Source: Candidatus Poribacteria bacterium
GTDB taxonomy: Bacteria > Poribacteria > WGA-4E > WGA-3G
Assembly: GCA_965197475.1 (NCBI GenBank)
Contig: CBDANF010000003.1
Coordinates: 3,552,001-3,616,000 of the forward strand
Direction of reading: 5' to 3'
Length of the DNA stretch: 64,000 bases
Shown: in pieces, positions 20,738-30,921 of the stretch
Position numbering within the stretch: the first letter of the stretch is position 1
Layout of the letters: every line of letters begins with the position of its first letter
Made by a program: the position numbers and the translations under genes
Notes under the pieces: generated by a model
Database searches by the model: none
Seen by the model: only the letters and a program-made list of their open reading frames with translations
What the model was told of the DNA's origin: nothing

Positions 20738-21689
20738 ATGAATAAAAGAGACATTTGACTTTGCAAAACGTCAGGTTACGATTTCAGATACCTATGACAC
20801 AAATTCTGACGTAGTCCTCTTTGATGGAGATTGTAGCGAGTTACTAAAGGCCATTCCGTCAAGCTCGGTGGATTTGGTGATCACCTCTCCGCCATACAAC
20901 ATTGGTAAGAAATACGAGAAGAAAATGTCTTTACAGGCATATCTAAAAAATCACGAACCTGTAATTGTGGAATTGGTTCGGGTACTTTCTGAAACTGGAA
21001 ATCTCTGTTGGCAAGTAGGAAATTACGTTGAGAAGGGAGAGGTCTTTCCGCTTGATATTTACTTTTATGAGATTTTCAAACGTTTCGGCTTAAAATTACG
21101 AAATCGGATCATCTGGCGGTTTAATCACGGTTTACACTGCACAAAACGTTTTTCGGGTCGCTACGAAGTCATCTTATGGTTTTCCAAAAGTGACGACTAC
21201 ATTTTCAATCTCGATCCAGTGCGTGTTCCTGCAAAATACCCAGGTAAACGACATTTCAAAGGACCAAAACGCGGTCTACTTTCAGGGAACCCGCTTGGCA
21301 AGAACCCTTCTGATGTTTGGGATGTGGTGACACAAGACTGGGAAAATGAAATTTGGGATATTCCAAATGTAAAGGCAAATCATCCTGAAAAAACCGAACA
21401 TCCGTGTCAATTTCCTGTGGAATTGGTTCAACGGTGTGTGTTGGCACTTACACAACCTGACAGAATTGTTTTTGACCCGTATTGTGGTGTCGGATCAACG
21501 ATCATCGCTGCCTTGCAGCACAACCGAAAAGCGATTGCTGCTGAACTTGATTTGAGTTATGTTGCGATTGCCCGTGAACGGATACAGAAGTTCGCCGATG
21601 GAGAATTGCCACTCCGTCCGATCGGTAAACCTATCCACGAACCGACAGGAAAAGAAAGTGTGGCGCAGCTGCCTTTAGAATGGAAATAG
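20738..21689 (+). pseudogene. Beta-class N4/N6 DNA methyltransferase with a +1 frameshift just after the ATG
   Basis: TSPPY, HPCQFP, FDPYCGVGST; the coding frame is open back to 20742 (…FDGDCSELLKAIPSSSVDLV) but the ATG at 20738 is out of frame by one extra A. Confidence 0.75.
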
Positions 21690-22329
21690 ATGCTCATGAT
21701 TATTACTGCCGAGTATTCCTTCAATGGTGGAAATGCTATTCAAAAGGAATACGCTCACCTGTTAAAAGAGGTGGAGGAGATTATCGCTGTTGTTGATGCC
21801 TCACAGTGCAAAACTAAAACAAGCGAGGAGATCACAATGCCGGGAAAAATACTGTATAGTCCAAAAGCACTTAATCGCGCTTTTCCCAAGGCTTCCAATC
21901 CAAAGGTTGGCAGAAGGAACGTGTAAAATGTGATTATCCAACAAACTACTACCGCCAAGGATATTCACCGAAACCAATGCGCCAAACCGCATTTCGAGAA
22001 ATGGATTTTTGAAAGAGAGGATTGGAGTAGAAGTTCAGTTTGGAAAATACGCATTTATGGTCTACAACGTCTGTGCGAAAATGACTATTTTTAACAACTT
22101 GGGCTACATTGATGTTGGAATTGAGATTGTGCCTGTGAAGGCTTTTGCTGACGAAATGTCTACCGGAGTCTCATATTTTGAGCAGTTCGTGTGGGATTTA
22201 GATGCTTGAGGCGTTGCGGACATTGATATTCCTGTCCTCATTTTTGGTGTTGATGTGGGAGGCAACAGCGGCTATAATTATTCAGTCGATGACAAACAGC
22301 TCTTACTTGAATTAGGCGACAGGAACTAA
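21690..22329 (+). pseudogene. BglII/BstYI-like type II restriction endonuclease, broken
   Basis: EMDF.KERIGVEVQFGKY, IDVGIEIVP, MSTGVSYFEQ; -1 shifts near 21893 and 22010 and an in-frame TGA at 22207. Confidence 0.85.
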
Positions 22330-22375
22330 TCGTTAGCAAAAGAATACGATTACGAGAGAGGAAGTATGTCAAGGC

Positions 22376-22406
22376 GTTGGGTTTCACGTTGTTCAATTCA
22401 ACCTAC
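22376..22406 (-). repeat. GTAG-type REP-like palindrome
   Basis: Minus strand GTAGGTTGAATTGAACAACGTGAAACCCAAC. Confidence 0.55.
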
Positions 22407-22466
22407 GCGTTTAAGTTGAACTCATGTAAACCTTAACCTGAATATAGAAGATATTAGGATAATCAG

Positions 22467-23675
22467 ATGCAAAATTGGATGAAAATTTTAGTCATACTTT
22501 GTCTATGCTTGCCACTTTCTGAACTCATTGCACAAAAAAATGATCATGCTGCATACGTACAGCATGTAGAAGAAGGGTTTATTTTTCTGTTCCAAGGCGA
22601 AGACCAGAAAGCAATAGACGCATTTAATTCAGCACTCGCTATTGAACCTAATCACTATGAGATTCTGCATTATTTAGGGATGGCGTATGCCCAAGACGAG
22701 TCTTGGAACAAAGCAGTTGAAGTTTACCAACGCTCTTTGGAACTGAAACCAGATAATATTGAGGTACTCTATTCCTTAGGCGTTGTCTATTTCAAACTTA
22801 ATCAGTGGGCAGAGGCGTTAGGACCATTGCAACAAGTCATCGCACTATCACCACAACATGCGCGCGGACATGAAGTACTCGGCAAAGCACACGTCAAACT
22901 TCGTCAATATTCGGAAGCAGTTGAGATTTTAACCAAAGCCATTAAATTGAAGCCTAATACTGCCGGGAATTATAATGAGCTCGGCACAGCATACCTCAAT
23001 TTAAAGGATTCTCCGGATGCTGTTGAGAAAGCAATAGAGAACTTTACAAAAGCGGTAAAATTTGGACCATCGGACTACGCAGAACCTCATTACGGCCTCG
23101 GCACAGCATATCTCCGTTCAGGTAAAAGAGAGAAAAGTAGAGAAGAAATGCGGATATATCAGCGTTTACAAAAGGAATACGTTGATTATGAACGTTTTAC
23201 ACGTCTAACACGTGTGGATCCGAATAACCTTGAAGGATGGACAGGGTTGGCAAAAGTGTTAATGCGTCAAAAAAAATATACTAAGGTGCTTCCGGTGTTA
23301 CAAAAATGTATTGAAATTGGAAACTCACAAAACGCACCTGCAAGCACAATTGCAGGTTTTTATCATGGGCTTAGCCAGGCATTTATAAATCTAAAATATC
23401 CGAAGTTGGCAGTGGAAAACGCTGGCAAAGCGATTCAACTCATGCCAAACCAAGCCGTATTTTATAACACGCTTGGTAGTGCTTACGCGATGCTTGGAAA
23501 TATTCAAAAAGCAATCGTTGTGTTTCAAAAAGCAATTGAATTAGATGAAGAACAACCCTATTACCATCTGAACCTTTCAAAACTCTATCGAAGTCTCGGA
23601 AACAACAAACTTGCCAAAGAACATTATCAAGCGTATGAGCATTTTTTGTCAAAACAGAAAAAAGCACAAAAATAA
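22467..23675 (+). CDS. Secreted TPR repeat protein
   Basis: Signal peptide plus multiple TPR units (YLGMAY, YSLGVVY, YNTLGSAY). Confidence 0.92.
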   Translation: MQNWMKILVILCLCLPLSELIAQKNDHAAYVQHVEEGFIFLFQGEDQKAIDAFNSALAIEPNHYEILHYLGMAYAQDESWNKAVEVYQRSLELKPDNIEVLYSLGVVYFKLNQWAEALGPLQQVIALSPQHARGHEVLGKAHVKLRQYSEAVEILTKAIKLKPNTAGNYNELGTAYLNLKDSPDAVEKAIENFTKAVKFGPSDYAEPHYGLGTAYLRSGKREKSREEMRIYQRLQKEYVDYERFTRLTRVDPNNLEGWTGLAKVLMRQKKYTKVLPVLQKCIEIGNSQNAPASTIAGFYHGLSQAFINLKYPKLAVENAGKAIQLMPNQAVFYNTLGSAYAMLGNIQKAIVVFQKAIELDEEQPYYHLNLSKLYRSLGNNKLAKEHYQAYEHFLSKQKKAQK

Positions 23676-23704
23676 TTATATCAATACTAAAACCGGGGAC
23701 AGAT

Positions 23705-24541
23705 GTGTTGAATAATAGACAATTCTCTATAACATTACTTATTTTTCTATTAAATGTGGGTGTTGCTATCAGTGTTTCCGCCGATGAAAAAGAAAATCAG
23801 ATGATATTAGTTCCTGCTGGCACTTTTACAATGGGAAGTGCCAAACGTGCTACAGATGAAAAACCGGCACATAAAGTCTACCTTGATTCTTACTATATCA
23901 GTAAATACGAGGTGACAAACGCAGAATATTATGAATTTTGGCGTAGTTTGCAAGAAAACGATTCTGAAACAACACAGAAAGCAACGCAACACACACCTGA
24001 AAACTTCACCTATCTTCCCCATATCGGTGCCTGGCCTGAACGGGCAACAAAATTTCCTGATTACCCTATTGTCGGTGTATCGTGGCATGATGCAAAGGCT
24101 TATGCTGAATGGAAAAGCATGCGACTTCCAACAGAAGCAGAATGGGAAAAGGCTGCCCGTGGTTATACGGACAGAATATGGCCGTGGGGTAATGCCATAA
24201 CGCCTCTTGCCAATACCTCTGACAAAAATGATGGCTACGAGAACCGTATCGCGCCTGTTGGTAGTTTCCCAAAAGGCAAGAGCTTTTACGGTGCTATGGA
24301 TATGGCTGGTAATGTATGGGAATGGACTGCAGATTGGTACAGTGATGTCTACTATTTTCACAGTCCAAAGCAGAACCCAACGGGACCAACCACCGGCAGT
24401 TGGCGTATTGTCAGAGGCGGTTCATGGATAGATAAACTCACACGATGCAGTACGACCTTCCGATTTTATCTCTATCCTACGCTAAAAACATCCTTTGTCG
24501 GTTTCCGCTTGGCGAAAACAGCAGAGAAAGTAAAAAAATAG
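23705..24541 (+). CDS. FGE-sulfatase (SUMF1-like) domain protein, secreted
   Basis: VPAGTFTMGS, KYEVTN, RLPTEAEWEKAARG, DMAGNVWEW, RGGSW, GFR. Confidence 0.93.
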   Translation: MLNNRQFSITLLIFLLNVGVAISVSADEKENQMILVPAGTFTMGSAKRATDEKPAHKVYLDSYYISKYEVTNAEYYEFWRSLQENDSETTQKATQHTPENFTYLPHIGAWPERATKFPDYPIVGVSWHDAKAYAEWKSMRLPTEAEWEKAARGYTDRIWPWGNAITPLANTSDKNDGYENRIAPVGSFPKGKSFYGAMDMAGNVWEWTADWYSDVYYFHSPKQNPTGPTTGSWRIVRGGSWIDKLTRCSTTFRFYLYPTLKTSFVGFRLAKTAEKVKK

Positions 24542-24567
24542 TACTCCCACCCTCAGTGAGTTCCCTA

Positions 24568-26232
24568 ATGTCAAAATACATTTTAATTTACCTGACGTTA
24601 TTCATTATATTTGCAATTTGTAGTTTTGCTGAACAACTACCTGTCTTCGTGGATGTCACCGAAGAAGCAGGCATAAACTTCAAACATAACAAAGGTAAAA
24701 CCGAACATAAACACATTATTGAGACAATGGGTTCAGGCGGTGTCTTTTTTGATTATGACGCGGATGGCAACGTTGACCTTTATTTGGTTAACAGCGGGCT
24801 GGTGCCTGTAGAAGGTATGTCTGACAATGCTATTCAAGAGACTGCCGCAAACGTTCTCTACCGTAATGAAGGGGATGGACGTTTTACAGATGTTACAGCT
24901 GTTTCGGGTTGTGGTGATATTGGCTACGGCATGGCTGCATCCGCCGGAGACATTGATAACGATGGTGATGCTGACCTATATGTCTGCAACTTTAAACAAG
25001 ATACCCTCTATCGAAACAATGGGGATGGCACCTTTACGAATATAACGAAAGTTGCGGGGATTGATAATTCCCTATGGAGTATCGCAGCAATTTTTCTCGA
25101 TTATGATTTGGACGGTGATTTGGATATTTTTGTTGTGAACTATCTCATTTATCAATTGTCAATGCCTGTAACAACATACAAAGGGATTATCGGTTATGGG
25201 CATCCTCGGAGTTATGAGGGGACAGCAGATGTCCTTTATAGAAACAACGGTGATGGCACCTTTACTAACGTTGCACAAACCGCGGGATTGGTAAATCCGG
25301 GTGAAGGTCGAGGCATGGCAGCTGTTGCCTGTGATTACGATAACGATCGATTTCCAGATATTTATGTCGCTAACGATACCGGACGCAATTTTTTATATCA
25401 TAACAATGGCGATGGTACCTTTACTGACGAAGGTCTGTTCCTTGGCGTAGGATATGATGAAAATGGGGTGGCAGAAGGGTCTATGGGAGTAGACTGCGGG
25501 GATTATAATCGGGACGGTTGGTTTGACTTTATTGTTGCAAATTCCGAAAAAGCAACACTCTATAAATTACAAAATCTTGGGGACGATGAGTTCTTCTTTT
25601 TTGATGCTACAGCGGAGAGTAGGTTACAACAACCAACGTTGCCTTTTGTCGGCTTTAGTCCGCTTTTTTTAGATTACGATAACGATGGATACCTTGATAT
25701 TTTTTGTGCAAACGGCCATCCACAAGGCGTAATTGAGGTATTGACCGACTACGAAACTTATGCGCAACGGGATCAACTTTTTCATAACAACGGAGACGGC
25801 ACCTATACAGAGGTTTCGCAGACTTCTGGTGCTTATTTCTCGGAGGAACTTGTTGGAAGGGCAGCCGCGTATGCCGACTACGACAACGATGGTGATGTTG
25901 ATATAATCGTAATGAATTCCGATCAACGCGCAGTCCTGCTCAGAAACGATGGTGGAAATCGGAAAAACTGGCTTAGCATAAAACTCGTAGGAACCCGAAG
26001 CAACCGAGACGGTATTGGGGCAAAGGTCAAACTCATAACAGGCGATTTTACACAGATAGCAGAAGCAAAGAGCGGTTCAAGTTATGCTTCTGGAAGCGAT
26101 TTGAGGTTGCTGTTTGGTTTGGGTGGAGCTAAGGAGGTTGATAGTATTGTGATTGTGTGGCCAAGTGGAATTGAGCAAAAAATGGAGAGTGTGTCTATTA
26201 ATCAGATGTTAACGATTTCGGAATCGAAATAA
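24568..26232 (+). CDS. CRTAC1 / ASPIC-UnbV family FG-GAP repeat protein
   Basis: Repeated DxDxDGxxD and LYRNNGDGTF; NRDGIGA.V and WPSG of the UnbV domain. Confidence 0.93.
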   Translation: MSKYILIYLTLFIIFAICSFAEQLPVFVDVTEEAGINFKHNKGKTEHKHIIETMGSGGVFFDYDADGNVDLYLVNSGLVPVEGMSDNAIQETAANVLYRNEGDGRFTDVTAVSGCGDIGYGMAASAGDIDNDGDADLYVCNFKQDTLYRNNGDGTFTNITKVAGIDNSLWSIAAIFLDYDLDGDLDIFVVNYLIYQLSMPVTTYKGIIGYGHPRSYEGTADVLYRNNGDGTFTNVAQTAGLVNPGEGRGMAAVACDYDNDRFPDIYVANDTGRNFLYHNNGDGTFTDEGLFLGVGYDENGVAEGSMGVDCGDYNRDGWFDFIVANSEKATLYKLQNLGDDEFFFFDATAESRLQQPTLPFVGFSPLFLDYDNDGYLDIFCANGHPQGVIEVLTDYETYAQRDQLFHNNGDGTYTEVSQTSGAYFSEELVGRAAAYADYDNDGDVDIIVMNSDQRAVLLRNDGGNRKNWLSIKLVGTRSNRDGIGAKVKLITGDFTQIAEAKSGSSYASGSDLRLLFGLGGAKEVDSIVIVWPSGIEQKMESVSINQMLTISESK

Positions 26233-26322
26233 TACCAAATTAACTAAATCTCACTCGGTAGGCGCGCTTTGTCCGCGCGCCTAATATCCAGAAAAATAAG
26301 ATAGATCCGGTTAATTTGGTAT
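26232..26322. mobile_element. About 91-bp MITE-like element enclosing a REP hairpin
   Basis: Inverted ends ATACCAAATTAAC(nnn)ATCT; internal GTAGGCGCGC-TTTGTCC-GCGCGCCTA. Confidence 0.65.
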
Positions 26323-26348
26323 AAACGCCTGTTTTGAAAATTTGGCAT

Positions 26349-26394
26349 TAAACAAAAAAGCCTATATCCCAACGGATACAGGCTTTTTTGTTTA
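26349..26394. terminator. Bidirectional rho-independent terminator
   Basis: AAACAAAAAAGCCT.TATCC-CAAC-GGATA.AGGCTTTTTTGTTT between convergent genes. Confidence 0.85.
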
Positions 26395-26416
26395 TAATAC
26401 TCGTCAATTATTTGGA

Positions 26417-27136
26417 TTATTTGCGTTTAATATCTGCCCACGTAGTTGTCAGTTTTCCTTTAGGTTCAACTGGTGTCAGAACATTAAGGAATTGCCCATC
26501 AAGTGTCGGGGCAATCTTGAGATCGGCATCGGATTCTTCAAAGCGGAGATTGACGTAATCTCCCCCGTCGCCTTCGCCACACCTGAAGTGCAGGAAGTTT
26601 TCACCTTCAAGGAGTTCAATATCAGTGGGTTGAGTAGCGTTAGTTACACCTTGTGTCCATGATGGGTTGTTGTACACCTTCTCACCATTGAGCCAAATTT
26701 GTGCATAGTTATCATGAGTTGGGTACATCGTCGTCGTACGGTCCTCAGGTGAAAGGATGAGGATAATACCTTGCCATGTGAAATTGTTGATTGGACCAAT
26801 ACCATGGCTCGTTGACATGTTGTTTGAATCCTCGGTATTAATATCCACAACACCCCAACCGAGAAGACCACCGTTGTCTGGAAGGTCAACACTCATACGT
26901 CCGGTGAGTCCAGCACCGTAGCGGGTGGAAACAATAACGTCATTTAATTCACCACCCGTTCCCTGATCAAGATAATCATGTGCTCCCGTAACATTGAAAT
27001 CTCCAGTATTAAGGATCAGATCAAGACCCCACCATTTTTCAATCCATTGGTCACCAGCCGGTTGCCAATTTTGAGCAAATGCCGTTGGTGCAATGGTTAT
27101 ACAAGCAATTGTGAGAAGAATTGCCAATTTTTTCAT
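26417..27136 (-). CDS. Secreted beta-sandwich protein (PA14/galactose-binding-like) with VEPKGKLTTTWADIK C-terminus
   Basis: Signal peptide (AFA), HDNYAQIWLNG, L.EGEN; conserved C-terminal motif. Confidence 0.8.
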   Translation of the reverse strand: MKKLAILLTIACITIAPTAFAQNWQPAGDQWIEKWWGLDLILNTGDFNVTGAHDYLDQGTGGELNDVIVSTRYGAGLTGRMSVDLPDNGGLLGWGVVDINTEDSNNMSTSHGIGPINNFTWQGIILILSPEDRTTTMYPTHDNYAQIWLNGEKVYNNPSWTQGVTNATQPTDIELLEGENFLHFRCGEGDGGDYVNLRFEESDADLKIAPTLDGQFLNVLTPVEPKGKLTTTWADIKRK

Positions 27137-27428
27137 AGCTATGAGTCTCCTTATTCAGTATGCCCAAATTCAAATATTTTGAGTAAGAAGCGCGCTTCTC
27201 AAAATCGTCAAATCGAGCAACATAAAACTAATTTTATTTTTTCGGCTTGCTAGCTGTGCCGAAATTTAACTTTATTATGGTGATAGCAGTAATGCATGCA
27301 AATCACACATTCAAATGCTGACAACTATCCACGGGTAACAGATGTCCGGTTTTGCCAGCTTAAGATTTTTCGTGTCCTCCCCAGAATTTAACATATTCTG
27401 CAAGAGGTCAAATTAACTTGTTTGGAAA

Positions 27429-27457
27429 ATTATAGCATTTTTTAATATAAAATGCAA
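27429..27457 (-). promoter_or_regulatory. Near-consensus sigma-70 promoter with extended -10
   Basis: TTGCAT-17-(TGc)TATAAT; a second TTGACA-16-TAAAAT lies at about 27484-27512. Confidence 0.7.
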
Positions 27458-27646
27458 GAAAAAAAGCAAATTGTAATGGACAAATTTTAGCACGCAGCAA
27501 AAAATTTGTCAAGTTTTAGACGAATGGATGCATAAAGTTTTGACAGTAAGTGAACCAAGTTGCGACCTAAAATCTCATTGTTTTATCGTATGTTCAGATT
27601 CATCTCGCTGTATTTAACCCCAGAGGGTGACAGGTTTAAAGCACTC

Positions 27647-28669
27647 CTACGCTGCTGCAACTTCCTCATTTGCCCGCTTCCCAAGCGCATTCATGTAGGC
27701 GATCGTATACGCTGTGCCAACACGGTGGTCGCCTGCCATGCTTGGGATGTGGTCTGGAATCATTACACCGTTGAAGTCAACTTCGCGAAGTGCTTTTGCC
27801 ACGTGATACATATCCTGATAGCCGTTATCAACGAATGTTTCAACGAAATGCGGCAACGGTTGATCAACATTACGGAAATGAACTTTGAAAATCTTGCCGC
27901 GTTCCCCGAAGTAACGGATAGACTCAAGAACATCTTTGCCCATCAAATCCCCGCCTTCAAGCCAACATCCAACACAGAAACACATCCCAACATTCGGACT
28001 GTCGGCAATTTCAAGCGCACGTTTGTAGCCTTCAAAACTACTGAAGATGCATCTTGGGATTCCAGCGAGGTGGACAGCGGGCGGATCATCGGGATGGATA
28101 CCAATCATAACTCCAGCTTCCTCAGCAACTGGGGCTGCCTGCTTGATGAAGTAGGTGTAGTTGCCCCAAATTTCCTCCTCACTATATTCGCGTCCATGCG
28201 AAAGCGGCATCTTATATTTATTACCGCCCCAATGTCCTTCTTCTGCAGTCTTGAGATTGAACGCACGGGCACTTGCACCACCGCGGGTAGTCTCGCGCTC
28301 GGTGCTCCAGATACCGTTACCCATGTGTGCGTACGTTGTATAGGGAATCCCTGCCCTACCGAGATCACGGATGTAATTTTTGTACTGTTCAATCTTAACA
28401 TCTCGGTTTTCTAAGTTAAGTACAATCCCATCCTGATTATGGACATCACTATTGCCAAACCCATATATCTTCAAGCCTGCGTTCTCAAAAATCTCACGAC
28501 GGCTCATAAAATAGTCGTAATTTGCATTTGCGCCGTTCGTCCAGAGAACAACATATTCAACATCCATCTGCTTAGCAAACTGTAAGTCAGCTTCGCTCGG
28601 TTCCGGGGACATCTGCGCCGTAACCTTCATCCCGGGTGCTATATTTTCCAATGGATTATTTTTTGCCAT
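27647..28669 (-). CDS. Mannonate dehydratase (UxuA) family protein
   Basis: APVAEEAGV..GIHPDDPP, FCVG, KVHFRNV, F.ETFVDNG, IPDH.P. Confidence 0.88.
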   Translation of the reverse strand: MAKNNPLENIAPGMKVTAQMSPEPSEADLQFAKQMDVEYVVLWTNGANANYDYFMSRREIFENAGLKIYGFGNSDVHNQDGIVLNLENRDVKIEQYKNYIRDLGRAGIPYTTYAHMGNGIWSTERETTRGGASARAFNLKTAEEGHWGGNKYKMPLSHGREYSEEEIWGNYTYFIKQAAPVAEEAGVMIGIHPDDPPAVHLAGIPRCIFSSFEGYKRALEIADSPNVGMCFCVGCWLEGGDLMGKDVLESIRYFGERGKIFKVHFRNVDQPLPHFVETFVDNGYQDMYHVAKALREVDFNGVMIPDHIPSMAGDHRVGTAYTIAYMNALGKRANEEVAAA

Positions 28670-28733
28670 TTTATGCCTCCATACGCTATTGAATGCGCAA
28701 GGTGCATGTCCAAACGCATCCGTCGTACTCGGT

Positions 28734-30131
28734 CTACTCGTCGTCCATTGCCTCTTCTTTGAGACGGTATAATTCTGCAGTCAATTCCTTAACAACATCA
28801 GCATATTCAGGATTGTCATAGACGCTGCACATTTCGTTCGGATCTTTTTCCAAATCAAAGAGTTCCCATTCCGGCTCTGTTGGCTCGTTAACTGAACCGC
28901 TTGTGCCGAGTGCCTCTCCGTAATAATAGATGAGTTTGTGTTGATGCGTTCGTATGCCGTAGTGGGCAGGAACATAGTGGTGTGAGAGGTGCATCCAGTA
29001 CCGGTAGTACATAGACGTTCGCCAATCATCCGGTGTTTCGCCTTCAAGTATAGGACGCATATTAGCACCTTGCATATCATCTGGTATTGGCAAGTTAGCA
29101 TAATCAAGCCATGTCTCAGCAAAATCGATATTCAGTGCCATCGCATCTGTTGAACTTCCAGCTTCAATAGCATGCGGATAGCGGACAATAAACGGCATGC
29201 GCAAAGATTCTTCATACATAAACCGTTTGTCGTACCAACCGTGATCGCCTAAGAAAAATCCCTGATCAGATGTATAAATCACCATTGTGTCATCAGCAAC
29301 ACCATCCGCATCGAGATAGTCAAGCAATCTTCCGACATTGTCATCAATTGATGCTACGCAGCGTAGGTATTCCTTAATGTAACGTTGGTACTGCCAGTTT
29401 GCCAACTCTTTCTCAGACAATCCCTCAGGGGGCGGACCAAATCTTTCTATTTTTAGATCTCTGTCGTTCATATGACCGAACACCCGCATCTTAGCGTCCC
29501 TTGCAGCGTTTGAACGATTTGCGTAATCGTCAAAGAAGTTATCTGGCATCGGAACATCTTCATCCTCATACATGTGGACATGCTTTTCATCTGAATCCCA
29601 CGGACGGTGCGGTGCCTTATGGTGACACATCAAGAAAAACGGATGATCTTTATCCCGATTCTGCAGCCATTCCAACGAGAAATCTGTAATGATATCGGTC
29701 GCATAGCCTTCGTGGTTTTTTCTTCCATCTTCTTCTATCATCACAGGGTCATAATAGCTGCCTTGTCCGGGAAGGACGTTCCAATAGTCAAATCCTGTAG
29801 GATCAGCATTGCCCCCGTGTCCGAGATGCCATTTGCCAACCATAGCAGTTTGATAACCGCTCGCCTGAAGCATCTTCGCAACGTTCGGTCGTCTACCATC
29901 AAGTGGGTCGCTTAATGTCTTGACACCATTGAGATGGCTATGCTTTCCAGTCAAGATGTTCGCACGACTGGGTGTGCAAATAGAGTTTACGCAGAAGCAA
30001 TTTTGGAAAATCATGCCGCCATCTGCGATTCGGTCGAGATGTGGGGTTTGGTTAATGCGACTCCCGTAGCAACTCATCGCATGAGATGCGTGATCGTCTG
30101 ACATTATAAAAAGTATATTCGGTCTGCTCAA
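28734..30131 (-). CDS. Cys-type sulfatase
   Basis: PNILFIMSDDH, CTPSRA.ILTG, GKWHLG, HKAPHR, TSDQGFFLGDHG. Confidence 0.96.
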   Translation of the reverse strand: MSRPNILFIMSDDHASHAMSCYGSRINQTPHLDRIADGGMIFQNCFCVNSICTPSRANILTGKHSHLNGVKTLSDPLDGRRPNVAKMLQASGYQTAMVGKWHLGHGGNADPTGFDYWNVLPGQGSYYDPVMIEEDGRKNHEGYATDIITDFSLEWLQNRDKDHPFFLMCHHKAPHRPWDSDEKHVHMYEDEDVPMPDNFFDDYANRSNAARDAKMRVFGHMNDRDLKIERFGPPPEGLSEKELANWQYQRYIKEYLRCVASIDDNVGRLLDYLDADGVADDTMVIYTSDQGFFLGDHGWYDKRFMYEESLRMPFIVRYPHAIEAGSSTDAMALNIDFAETWLDYANLPIPDDMQGANMRPILEGETPDDWRTSMYYRYWMHLSHHYVPAHYGIRTHQHKLIYYYGEALGTSGSVNEPTEPEWELFDLEKDPNEMCSVYDNPEYADVVKELTAELYRLKEEAMDDE

Positions 30132-30232
30132 TTGTTTCTCCTTTTTTCATGAATTATCGCCTCAGCTCCACGTTAAAACGTTCATATAATACCTATTTTC
30201 ACTTTAGGAGTCAATCTTTTTAGTCTTTAGCC

Positions 30233-30353
30233 CAGAACCATTCAATTATCGTGTAGTTTCCACTTTCTCTTTAAGGTATATCTTCTGTAGGAGCGACCTC
30301 TTGGTCACGACTTTTTAAAAATTCAGAGAAAACTTGAAAACTGAATGACTCTG
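30233..30353. mobile_element. Degenerate MITE-like element containing a GTAG REP
   Basis: Ends CAGAACCATTCAATT / CAGAGTCATTCAGTT (rc); internal GTAGGAGCGACCTCTTGGTCACGA. Confidence 0.45.
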
Positions 30354-30481
30354 ACAGACAGAGACATTTGGTTTTCAAGTTCGCTAATAAGGTTAAACTA
30401 TACTTTGGACAATTTTTAGAGTTCTTGAGTGATAGTCAAGGTCAATAGAAACACCTTAGACATCAATATAAGATTTAATTG

Positions 30482-30556
30482 ATACACATTTCGCCCCGCT
30501 GGGGCTAAGAGGGTTGTTCACCCGCTTTTCTATACACATTTCGCCCCGCTGGGGCT
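30482..30556. repeat. Two 25-bp direct palindromic repeats (REP-like)
   Basis: ATACACATTTCGCCCCGCTGGGGCT at 30482 and 30532, 25-bp spacer. Confidence 0.85.
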
Positions 30557-30679
30557 GCCTTTGCTGAAACTATAATAGTTTTTCTGTGGGTTACAACTTC
30601 GCACAAAACTCATAGAAAAATAGAAAGGACTTGAGAACACAACATGAAACAGACAGAAATTGTCCAACTTTAGTAAGGT

Positions 30680-30866
30680 TAACGTGAGTTTGATAATAAT
30701 ATTGGATGGACGCAGACCGTTCAAAGTCCCCCTGATAAGGGGGTTAAAAGTGCCTCAAATATTGCTTTTCGTGCCAAAAAATACCCTTTATTGCCAAATT
30801 TGCATCCGTCCTGCATATTATTAAAGTAAATTTGACTCAATGAATTCTTTTATCAAGCTCACGTTA
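30680..30866. mobile_element. About 187-bp MITE-like element
   Basis: Ends TAACGTGAG(T/C)TTGATAA, 16/17 match, TA-bounded; internal CCCCCTGATAAGGGGG hairpin. Confidence 0.65.
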
Positions 30867-30921
30867 GTTTAGGTTTACCCGACAATTTTCATACATTATG
30901 CAAATAATCACAAAAAAAGTC

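Noticed and set aside
27240-27360. c-di-GMP-I riboswitch (GGCAAAACC and GCCGAA segments)
   Set aside because: The GAAA tetraloop stem and GACGCAAAGC core are not present in the correct spacing.
27560-28414. 284-aa ORF and other long antisense ORFs (e.g. 23807-24361, 33476-34018, 56276-56923)
   Set aside because: Shadows of well-supported genes on the opposite strand, with no motifs.
30482-30556. Possible mini CRISPR array
   Set aside because: Only two 25-bp repeats, no cas genes or leader; the GCCCC-GCT-GGGGC palindrome fits REP-like repeats.
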